Under the pieces are notes generated by a model that did no database searches, was not told where the DNA came from, and saw only the letters and a program-made list of their open reading frames with translations. A stretch of 48,252 bases of DNA, the filler included, from Stramenopiles sp. TOSAG23-2 (lineage: Eukaryota): assembly GCA_900128395.1 (NCBI GenBank). It is 2 parts of 2 records of this genome, joined end to end, with 100 filler letters (N's around TTAATTAATTAA, not from the genome) between each part and the next. Parts side by side here need not be neighbours in the genome. Positions count along the whole stretch, not along the records: positions 24,203 to 48,252 come from LT649471.1; 1 more part is not named here. The stretch is one strand, 5' to 3'. The position numbers were made by a program, and so were the translations under genes. Numbering within the stretch: the stretch's first letter is position 1; each line of letters begins with the position of its first letter. Below, one piece after another: positions 39,686-48,252 of this stretch.

Positions 39686-41896
39686 TTACAACTCTCTGGA
39701 ATTTTTAAAAATATCCACTCTTTGAACAGTATCACCCCATAAATCTTCTATTAATTCAGCGATATCCTCCTCATATATCGATTCATTGTTTATGAAATTA
39801 CAATTTAAAACTAATGTAAGCATGCCATATCCAATAGGACAAATACGATAATCTTCATTCCAAGACACGATTTTACTATCAATATCAGACGATGATCGTA
39901 TATTCAACGCAAGCTTCGCTAATGCATCTACATGTAATGGTTCATATGGTTTAATTTCAAATAATACATTATGGTTTTCTTTTGATGCATTAACAATATC
40001 AATATCGTAATTATCATCGTTCATAGTATTATCTTCATGATCCACATCAGGAGCAGCATTCTCTGTTTGTTTGATTTCTTTTTCTGTATCTTCCGTAAGA
40101 ATAATCCTATTTATTTTTTCATTAATTTCATTTACAAGTAAAGATTCTTCACCACAACAAACAATGTATTGCATGCGTGCTTTTTCAAACATTTCCTTTG
40201 CTTTCCGTAATTTATCCTCGTCACTTAAATGTTTAACTTCTTCTTGGTAAATGTTATTACTACCTTCATTATCATTGTCATTCGTTATGTCACGTAATGA
40301 TAATAAAAGCGCATCACCATATTTTTCAAATGTTCCCCCTTTTTGCAAATTATATTTTGGAAATATAATAGAACTTAATTCACTCCAACGATACGGATTA
40401 TCACAAGTTTTCCATTCATTGATAGCATCTAACCTACTTTCTTCTGTTTCAGATTTACAACGATTACATTGACATGTGAAAAATTTAAATTTTCTCAATG
40501 ATTCCGTACGAATTTTTGTAGGTTGATCCAGCAAATTACTGTAAGAGAAACAACATTCTGTCCCAGGTTTTATCGTATCAAGTGCACGGAATACCATAAC
40601 ATGTTTTCTACTATTATTCCTAGTATTATCTTGTTCAAAATTGTGAGCAATATTTTCATTACATGAATGATTAAACATTGATGCTAAACCAGGAAACAGT
40701 CCACAGCCATATTTTCCCAATGCAAACCCATTAATATTTATAGCGAAAAACATGTTTCGTAAAAATATTGGATCAATCATATTCTGGCTATTGGTACTAT
40801 TACTAGTATCAATGATATCGCTATTACCCAAAACTAGATTGTATATCCAATCCCCCATTTCCGTAGATGCTTTGTAATATTCTGGTTGTTCCTTTTGATG
40901 GTCATTAATATGAAATTCTAATTCCTTTAGTTTTTTTAATTCCTCTTTCTTCGTCTCATCCATGCTTAGAAGTGCCACGCGTAAAACAATTAATGCTTTA
41001 AAAGGATCAATTTTATTTTCATAATCCTTTAAACATTTTTCATATAATGGTTTTATATATTGACATTCTTGATTGTGTTTTCTTGTATTTTGTTTTTTAC
41101 ACTCGGCAGAACAATATTTAATATTACATGTAACACATTGTAAATACAAATTTTGTATTTGATTGCTTTGTTTGATAATTTCTTTTCCACAATGAAAACA
41201 TGCTTTTGTACCTGCAAAATCATATGTTGCAATAACGCATGGTTCTACTTCTAAAAGAATATCCCCAGGTTCTAAATTTTCTTGTCCATTCCAAGTGACA
41301 TATCTACCACCACCATTAACAGTAGTATTACTATTAATTAAAATATCTTCACGTTTTGCATGGTTCTTTCTCTTATTATTACGATTGTCATTATCATCAT
41401 TTTTCTTTAAATCTGTTTGAAAATTTTGATTTATAGCATCTTGACTTTTTTTAAGACCATATAAACCATCTGACCAACGCAATGCTTCAATTAACATCCA
41501 TTTATCACGTGGAACAATACATAAATTAGTTTGATCTTGTAGTGGTTTTGTAATATCTCGACGTAATAATGTCATAATCTTTGTAGTATCTTTTGTAACC
41601 ATTCTTTTTAAAAATGGTTGCCAACCTCGTACATTTTCCAAGACTTCGAATGGGTTAGATTGGAAGTTTGATAAATTGATACTGTTTAATAAAGGATGTT
41701 GTTTAAACTTTTCATGTATAACTTTAAAATTTGACGATGTTGAAAATTGTGTTGGGAAAATATCAGTATCATTCATAACATTATATTGAAAGTTATTATC
41801 ATCATTTTTGCATGTAAAACTTTCATATATTTTACGATGATACATATGATAAAACATATGAGCATCTGCGGCCCAATCTGAATGTGTTGATTCCAT
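39686..41896 (-). CDS. SET-MYND (SMYD-like) lysine methyltransferase with C-terminal EF1B GEF-like domain
   Basis: GGRYV...PGDILLEVEP, MYND CFHC...CVTC...YCSAEC...H..EC, MFNHSC, GTECCFSY and post-SET FTCQCNRC. C-terminal VLFEIKPYE...W...PIGYGM..L...VQRVDI. Confidence 0.88.
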   Translation of the reverse strand: MESTHSDWAADAHMFYHMYHRKIYESFTCKNDDNNFQYNVMNDTDIFPTQFSTSSNFKVIHEKFKQHPLLNSINLSNFQSNPFEVLENVRGWQPFLKRMVTKDTTKIMTLLRRDITKPLQDQTNLCIVPRDKWMLIEALRWSDGLYGLKKSQDAINQNFQTDLKKNDDNDNRNNKRKNHAKREDILINSNTTVNGGGRYVTWNGQENLEPGDILLEVEPCVIATYDFAGTKACFHCGKEIIKQSNQIQNLYLQCVTCNIKYCSAECKKQNTRKHNQECQYIKPLYEKCLKDYENKIDPFKALIVLRVALLSMDETKKEELKKLKELEFHINDHQKEQPEYYKASTEMGDWIYNLVLGNSDIIDTSNSTNSQNMIDPIFLRNMFFAININGFALGKYGCGLFPGLASMFNHSCNENIAHNFEQDNTRNNSRKHVMVFRALDTIKPGTECCFSYSNLLDQPTKIRTESLRKFKFFTCQCNRCKSETEESRLDAINEWKTCDNPYRWSELSSIIFPKYNLQKGGTFEKYGDALLLSLRDITNDNDNEGSNNIYQEEVKHLSDEDKLRKAKEMFEKARMQYIVCCGEESLLVNEINEKINRIILTEDTEKEIKQTENAAPDVDHEDNTMNDDNYDIDIVNASKENHNVLFEIKPYEPLHVDALAKLALNIRSSSDIDSKIVSWNEDYRICPIGYGMLTLVLNCNFINNESIYEEDIAELIEDLWGDTVQRVDIFKNSREL

Positions 41897-42191
41897 GTTC
41901 TTTACCTTTAATTAAATAAATTATTTGATTTAACGTTGTACATATATATATATATATTATATATATGACTAGAATGATATTTCTTTCGGTTGGTACAATG
42001 TAATGCAGTCTATATAAACTTTTGCAATAAAAAAGCGCACAAAAGGCACCAAGCTGGCAAGGTGTTTTTGTGGTTTGTGGATGGTTGCATGGATGCGAGG
42101 CCGCGACAGTTGGCAGTTGGCAAAATCTGGGCAAATTTATTATATAAATAAATAAAACAGTATAAAAATTATAATTATAATTATACTTAGT

Positions 42192-43002
42192 TATAGCTCA
42201 CCTTGGAAATGAAGCTATGCGTTTTATAGCTATCCTCAACTTATTTGGTTGTTGATATATTATTAATCGTTATATATGTGTATGTAATGTATGTCTACAT
42301 ATCTACATGCATATACGCCATATATGTCATTCATGTGTTATTAGTTATTTTATTAATACGTCATACATTCTCCTGTATTATTAGTTTTATTATTTAAACA
42401 CGATGGATGTATAGGCGTGGAATAGCACTGCTTTTGGTACTATTTATGTTTTTAATTATTTGAATTTCTTGATTTTTTAATGTGGTTTTTGGCGCTAAGG
42501 CTATATTGATTTTGTTCTTATTTTTATTTTGTTTGTGCGGCGTTCTGTGAATTTATTATTGGTATTAATATTTATATTCCCTTTAGTATTGGGTGGGAGG
42601 AAAGATAAAAGGTATATTGAATCTATAGCTCACCTTGGAAATGAAGCTATGCGTTTTATAGCTATCCTCAACTTATTTGGTTGTTGATATATTATTAATC
42701 GTTATATATGTGTATGTAATGTATGTCTACATATCTACATGCATATACGCCATATATGTCATTCATGTGTTATTAGTTATTTTATTAATACGTCATACAT
42801 TCTCCTGTATTATTAGTTTTATTATTTAAACACGATGGATGTATAGGCGTGGAATAGCACTGCTTTTGGTACTATTTATGTTTTTAATTATTTGAATTTC
42901 TTGATTTTTTAATGTGGTTTTTGGCGCTAAGGCTATATTGATTTTGTTCTTATTTTTATTTTGTTTGTGCGGCGTTCTGTGAATTTATTATTGGTATTAA
43001 TA
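42192..43002. repeat. Two apparently identical 379-bp direct repeats separated by 53 bp
   Basis: TATAGCTCACCTTGG...TTGGTATTAATA at 42192-42570 and 42624-43002. Confidence 0.92.
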
Positions 43003-43129
43003 CAATCTGGCACAATGGCACAATCCTGGCAATCCAAAGGGTAAGACGGATGAAACTCTAGTATAATAGTGTCTTATCGATTAAATAAAATTATAATCAT
43101 TTTTGATATAATATATCCACATATATAAA

Positions 43130-44176
43130 ATGAATATTGTAATAATATTATTAATAACATTGCAGTATTTAATAATTGCAAAAGCATCATATCCAAATTG
43201 CATGCCAGGTAGTACATGTTTCAAATTAAAACCATACGAAAATACTAATTGGCTATTTGACTGCGCGGCAATAAATACCACAAAAGAAGTAAAAGGAAAT
43301 ATCTTATTTTTGCATGGCAATGATGGCCCGAGGTCAAAAGGGATGTGGTCCATGATGATGCAAGCTTTTGCTGACAAAGGATACAACACACTAGCATTTG
43401 ACCAGCGTGGCTTTTCACCTGAGGCATCCCCATATCTCCAAAGCGAATACAACTACGACAAATTGGCAGATGATATATTTGCAATAGCCGATATATACTT
43501 TGGTGTCTCTAGCAAGTTTCATCTTGTAGCTCATGATCAAGGTGCAAGACTTGGCTGGCATGCTATTGCACTTGGCACTGCACGTAAACGATATCTATCA
43601 TACACGCCACTTTCTGAAGCACACTCTGATGCATTTTCCGATGCGTTGTATGGACCAAACACTGATCGGGCACAACAAACAGCTTTTATGTACCTTTGGT
43701 CATTTACATTACCAGGGAATAGTACCTTAGCATATCAAAGTAACATTTGGAAAGTGGTATGCAAAGCTTTTAATCATTATGCAACTCCAGCGTTATGCCA
43801 ACCATCAATTTGGTGGTACAGTGGTGCCGTTGAATCTGGCAATTTAGCAATGCAACCATTTTCAACTTGGGGTCAGATTGGTAAGCAAATTGGTATACCA
43901 GAAGATTATATCAAGAATCACACAACGTACTCTCTGGAAGGACATCCACAAACAAAAAAAGTAGGAAATGTGACTGAATTTCCAGTCATGTATGTATGTG
44001 GCATAAGTGACTATGCTGACAAATGTAATAATATGTTTCGTGATGAGACTGCAAAATATATCAAAGATTTTCATTACTATCGTTCAATGAACTGTGGCCA
44101 TGATTTAGTATCAACTGGATGTAAAGATTACCAGACAGTTATTGATAGTATTGTACATTTTGTTGAAAATGTTTGA
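43130..44176 (+). CDS. Secreted alpha/beta hydrolase (epoxide hydrolase/dehalogenase-like, Asp nucleophile)
   Basis: Signal peptide, ILFLHG, FDQRGFS, LVAHDQGA (nucleophile elbow) and CGHD (catalytic His). Confidence 0.85.
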   Translation: MNIVIILLITLQYLIIAKASYPNCMPGSTCFKLKPYENTNWLFDCAAINTTKEVKGNILFLHGNDGPRSKGMWSMMMQAFADKGYNTLAFDQRGFSPEASPYLQSEYNYDKLADDIFAIADIYFGVSSKFHLVAHDQGARLGWHAIALGTARKRYLSYTPLSEAHSDAFSDALYGPNTDRAQQTAFMYLWSFTLPGNSTLAYQSNIWKVVCKAFNHYATPALCQPSIWWYSGAVESGNLAMQPFSTWGQIGKQIGIPEDYIKNHTTYSLEGHPQTKKVGNVTEFPVMYVCGISDYADKCNNMFRDETAKYIKDFHYYRSMNCGHDLVSTGCKDYQTVIDSIVHFVENV

Positions 44177-44407
44177 GAGGGGTAGTTTTTAAATATAGGA
44201 GAGAGAGCGCTCTGTAATTATTCCTTTTTCTTTTTTTTGAAATGGTATGTTTTAGGTAATAAGAGAATCTTTTTTTAAATACGAACATAAAAAATATGAT
44301 ACGACGTATATAATAAAATATAATATAATAATCGGTAATTTATACATGATATGATACCGACGATAATTTTATAATTACGAGAGTCGTATTTTTTTTAATG
44401 TGTTTTA

Positions 44408-45745
44408 TTACTTCACCACTTGCCATATATATCTCTCGATTAATTTTGGTGGGTACGAAACATATCGACCATTCGTTTCATGATCTAATTCATTACTTAA
44501 TTCAACAATTTGAACGCCTTTAAACAATAACGTTCCCTTAAAAATATAACCTTCTGCAATCAATAACTTTGGTAAGAATACTTGCAAAAATTCATCTAAA
44601 TCATCATTTTTTAATATTTTGGAGTAATGATAACCAAAGCTTCGTGTCATCCCACTAGATGAACAAATTGACATATCAAATGGAACAATTTTATTATTGA
44701 TATCAACCAGTTGCAGCGCATGATATTTTATTTTATTTTTACTTAATTTCGTATTGTACAAATCAAAGGAAGAATTTGGCCAATTTAAGCCACTGTGTAT
44801 GCGTACATGTGCAATGAAAAAGGATATTACCATAAATATTGTCAAAGGATGATATAAGAATTCTTCATTATCCCATATCATGTTTGAAAAAATACCTGTA
44901 CTGTCAGAAACATAGCAAAACAACGCCCAATATGTTGGCAACCAAAAATGAACAAAATCAATTTGAAATAAAATTAAACAACCAAGATGAAATGATATAC
45001 CAAATAAAATCAATGCAACACTTATAAAATTTAATAGCGGCGAATAATTCTTAAATAATACCACCGGAAAAAAACATTCAAAAAGCAATACACACGGTTG
45101 TGCAAACGTTCCTATTATTGGATATTCTAAGACTAATTTTTGAATTATATTAGGTTTTTCAATTTGTTGTAATTCTAACATGAATTGTGCAACCAAACGT
45201 CTTAAATTAATACCATTTGCCCATTTTAGTCCTTGTTTACGAATTTTCAGCCATCCAGAGCTTGCATAACATAAACTTAATAACAATATTGATTGCATTA
45301 TCATATTGGATTCGTTTTTATTGAAGCAGAATATAGCTAAAACCCATGGAACAGTATCGGCTTTATTATGAATTAAACCATGCGTCCGTACTCTTGCAAA
45401 ATACAATATTGACACAATAAATAATAAAAAATAAATTATCTGTTGGACATAAATATTCCGTATCCTTTGTAAGATATTTAAACTGATCAACGATAAAATT
45501 GACAGAAATATGGTAAAAACTACTTTTTCCCACATAAATTCGCTTAAGTATGGTACGCGGATGATACCGAAAAATGTTGCATGTTTATTTTGCTCTAATG
45601 GATAATACCAATGGCCAAATTTGGTATTTGTTTTCACATACCTGGCATATCTTTTTAATTTTGAATGTACTAATAATAATGATACTAATAAATTTAAAGC
45701 ATATATTTGTTGAAACGTACCAATAGGCATAACATTATGTTTCAT
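44408..45745 (-). CDS. HTTM / vitamin-K-dependent carboxylase-like polytopic membrane protein
   Basis: Multiple TM segments, YASSGWLK...W.NG, LFECFFP, FHLG..ILF.I.F and WP.S.F..Y motifs. Confidence 0.65.
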   Translation of the reverse strand: MKHNVMPIGTFQQIYALNLLVSLLLVHSKLKRYARYVKTNTKFGHWYYPLEQNKHATFFGIIRVPYLSEFMWEKVVFTIFLSILSLISLNILQRIRNIYVQQIIYFLLFIVSILYFARVRTHGLIHNKADTVPWVLAIFCFNKNESNMIMQSILLLSLCYASSGWLKIRKQGLKWANGINLRRLVAQFMLELQQIEKPNIIQKLVLEYPIIGTFAQPCVLLFECFFPVVLFKNYSPLLNFISVALILFGISFHLGCLILFQIDFVHFWLPTYWALFCYVSDSTGIFSNMIWDNEEFLYHPLTIFMVISFFIAHVRIHSGLNWPNSSFDLYNTKLSKNKIKYHALQLVDINNKIVPFDMSICSSSGMTRSFGYHYSKILKNDDLDEFLQVFLPKLLIAEGYIFKGTLLFKGVQIVELSNELDHETNGRYVSYPPKLIERYIWQVVK

Positions 45746-46341
45746 TGTATTTTAAAGGTATTTAAACAAGATGTTGATGATCGTATTAACTTCTATTTAT
45801 ATTATTGTCTCTATCCGTATATTTTCAATCATCTTCCCAAAAAATCAATTCAACTATATAAATATATATTTTTTTCATCAATCTATATTGATTGCACTAT
45901 ATTTCATGACGGTTATACACATATTAATATACCACCAGCAACCAGCATAGAAAATTTCTCTTTTATTTCCAAGCCTTAGGGTTTAGCACCACACAGCACT
46001 ATACTCTTGATGAAGGCCAAACTCGGCACACCAACTTAAACTAATGCACACAAAGTAAGAAAAATGATTAATACATTGGCACATATACATACACATGTAC
46101 ATATATATATAATTCAAATCAACGAAGAAGATAGTATAATTTGTAATGTATTAAAAGGCAACAATTTTTTTTTTGGATGGAAATATTTTTTGTTGCCGGT
46201 TCATTTCAATTCGATAAGTTTTGACGTCTTATATATGATAGAACACATTTTTAATAAATTTCATTTTTCTTGTTGAAATTTTCTTACGTCATGATTTTTA
46301 AGTTAAAGTCTATTCACATAACACGTTATAATTATTTAAAT

Positions 46342-46713
46342 ATGATAATTTTGCGTTGTTTTGTATTTGCGTTGCTAATTTTTTCCATTAGTAGTACCAA
46401 CATTACAAATCTAACTAATTGTAGTGCAGGTTATTATATAAGTACAAATGCAACGGCAACTAATGACCGTGTATGTAGTAAATGCTTAGCAAATACATTT
46501 TCATCATCAATAAATCAATACCAATGTACTGATTTTACGAATTGTCAATCAGGGGAGTACATTACTACAAATGGAACCGCTTCCAATAATCGAGTATGTA
46601 GTAAATGTTTAGCAAATACTTTTTCATCATCAATAAATCAATACCAATGTACTAATTTTACGAATTGTCAATCAGGGGAGTACATTACTACAAATGGAAC
46701 CGAAACAAATTGA
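46342..46713 (+). CDS. N-terminal fragment of a secreted Cys-rich (TNFR-like/GCC2-GCC3-like) repeat protein
   Basis: Signal peptide from ATG 46342, ~40-aa repeats CxxGxYIxxNxTxxxxRVCSKCLANTFS...YQC. Ends abruptly in the third repeat. Confidence 0.65.
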   Translation: MIILRCFVFALLIFSISSTNITNLTNCSAGYYISTNATATNDRVCSKCLANTFSSSINQYQCTDFTNCQSGEYITTNGTASNNRVCSKCLANTFSSSINQYQCTNFTNCQSGEYITTNGTETN

Positions 46714-47014
46714 AAGAACAAAGCAAAAGTTAGCACTCAGACGTGAGAAAAAAAGACAAATGTTGGCAACGGAAAAAAGAAAACGAGAAAGAAGCCAAGC
46801 TTGGAAAAAGAAAATATTTCTTACTAGAATTATTGGAGATAAGGAAAAGTTTAAAAAGAAAGCTGAGGAAAAATCCCCTTCTTCTGATAATAAGAAGACA
46901 AGCAAAGATAAAGAAGTAGACACCAAGACAATACGAACCGTAGATGATACGAAAAAAGGTGCTTTTAACTTTCGACCAGCAGCGCCACCAAAGCCGCCAC
47001 CACCAAAGGCATAA
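46694..47014 (+). CDS. Lys/Arg-rich, Pro-tailed C-terminal gene fragment
   Basis: 106-aa ORF overlapping the previous ORF in a different frame. It looks like a cytoplasmic tail. Confidence 0.45.
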   Translation: MEPKQIERTKQKLALRREKKRQMLATEKRKRERSQAWKKKIFLTRIIGDKEKFKKKAEEKSPSSDNKKTSKDKEVDTKTIRTVDDTKKGAFNFRPAAPPKPPPPKA

Positions 47015-47156
47015 AATATTTTCTACGAATCGTATATTTTTTATTTTAAATATGATATTTTTATTTAAATATTTCAATTTTATAATAATGTAAAATAAAT
47101 TATGCACATTAATTAAATATAATGTACGTATCATATATAAAATATGATACGTATTA

Positions 47157-48197
47157 TTATTCCTCTGCATAAAAATCTACTAACTTCATCATTCTCCTAC
47201 GCAATTCTTCCAATTCAATTTTTCCCGCTGCGGCTTTCCCATCTTCTTTCCTATTCATATTACGATTATTTATATCATTCATCATTTTTTCTTCCAAATT
47301 TAACACACCATGTTTTGGTAATTGTTCCATTTCCACAGTTGGTAATTGAAACGATGATGGATATTTTTCACTATGATATAACGTATTATCAGTTTCAATA
47401 TAATGTTTCGTTACATTATCAATGCTTAATGGCAATCCAGTATTTGAATTTGGTTCAAAACGTGGTGCATTACTACTACTTATCGCAACACTAATTTTAT
47501 GCCCAGCTGAAAATACATACGAAGTATTCCAAAGGCTAACACCAACTTTGTATATTTCACCAGGTACTATACCTTCTGGTCCAAAACTTTTCCTACTATT
47601 ACGCCATCTCATTCTACGTATACCATCTTGAATTAAAATAGATCGACCATCTGGATAGACATCCATCAATTTAACAGTAAAATCGGTATCATTTGCTTTA
47701 GACGTTGATACGTATAATGTTGCATCCAATGGACCAGTCAATGCGATTGATTTATTTAATGCATCTGTAGTAAATACTAAAACATCTGGGCGATTTAATA
47801 CCTTTGTTTGATCAAGTGGCCCACATGGAATTTCTAAATTATTGCCACCATTTGTTGGAACTGGGGAACTTGGATCGTACGTATACGTAGAATGATCATT
47901 ATCTTTTACACTTTCATATGAATGATCAAATGTTGCACTACCATCGCCATTAAAATATAAATTTTGAATTTTATATTTTGGAAATTCAGGTACTGATGTC
48001 CAATAATTTCCATCATTCGTACCACTATCATAATTACTACCCATTACATAAAATGTAACTTTATCAACCGATTCTGGAACTTTACCTTTTTCTAAATCAC
48101 CTGTAAATAAATTAATTCCTAAAAATATTGGCAGCAATGCACGTCCAGCGATTAAATTATGCGGAAACATCGATGCACCAGCTTGACAATGACCTAA
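47157..48197 (-). CDS. CocE/NonD-family (peptidase S15-like) hydrolase, C-terminal part only
   Basis: YTYDPSSPVPTNGG, GPLDQ...RPDVLVFTT, TGP..ATLYVS...DTDFTVKLMDVYPDG, F.AGH.I...ISSSNAPRFEPNSNTG. The frame extends to PLGHCQ and is cut by a chimeric join near 48198. Confidence 0.88.
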   Translation of the reverse strand, partial: LGHCQAGASMFPHNLIAGRALLPIFLGINLFTGDLEKGKVPESVDKVTFYVMGSNYDSGTNDGNYWTSVPEFPKYKIQNLYFNGDGSATFDHSYESVKDNDHSTYTYDPSSPVPTNGGNNLEIPCGPLDQTKVLNRPDVLVFTTDALNKSIALTGPLDATLYVSTSKANDTDFTVKLMDVYPDGRSILIQDGIRRMRWRNSRKSFGPEGIVPGEIYKVGVSLWNTSYVFSAGHKISVAISSSNAPRFEPNSNTGLPLSIDNVTKHYIETDNTLYHSEKYPSSFQLPTVEMEQLPKHGVLNLEEKMMNDINNRNMNRKEDGKAAAGKIELEELRRRMMKLVDFYAEE

Positions 48198-48252
48198 TGG
48201 AGTGAATTAAGTTCTATTATATTTCCAAAATATAATTTGCAAAAAGGGGGAA

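Noticed and set aside
1-48252. tRNA/rRNA/snRNA genes and an alternative genetic code
   Set aside because: No recognisable RNA-gene signature by eye. Conserved proteins such as MTR4 and MANEA translate fully with the standard code.

Overview
AT-rich, gene-dense eukaryotic DNA. The genes appear intron-free and carry poly-Asn/Asp/Ser tracts. A unicellular protist (e.g. a heterotrophic stramenopile) is plausible, but that is inference only. An artificial 100-nt linker (N44-TTAATTAATTAA-N44, 24103-24202) splits the window into two contigs. Recognisable genes: a COG0523/CobW GTPase fused to a degenerate Nudix-like domain, an ENOD93/Rcf2-like protein, a zf-GRF calpain, an LSMT-like SET protein, a GH99 endomannosidase, a class I methyltransferase, a TMC channel, a PPR protein, MTR4, a SET-MYND protein, an alpha/beta hydrolase, an HTTM-like protein and a truncated CocE/NonD hydrolase. 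The most interesting signals are: (1) an accessory island at about 28-34 kb where one F-box-like N-terminal module is joined to either a hypervariable 26-aa LRR array or ankyrin repeats, and where the ankyrin gene's linker is an 87-bp antisense homologue of part of the neighbouring orphan gene; (2) a calpain with SIM, zf-GRF and PIP-box motifs, resembling DNA-protein-crosslink proteases; (3) a SET-MYND methyltransferase fused to an EF1B GEF-like domain. A repeat/TE-rich tract lies at 3.5-7.4 kb. An inverted chimeric join at the window end suggests amplification or assembly artefacts.
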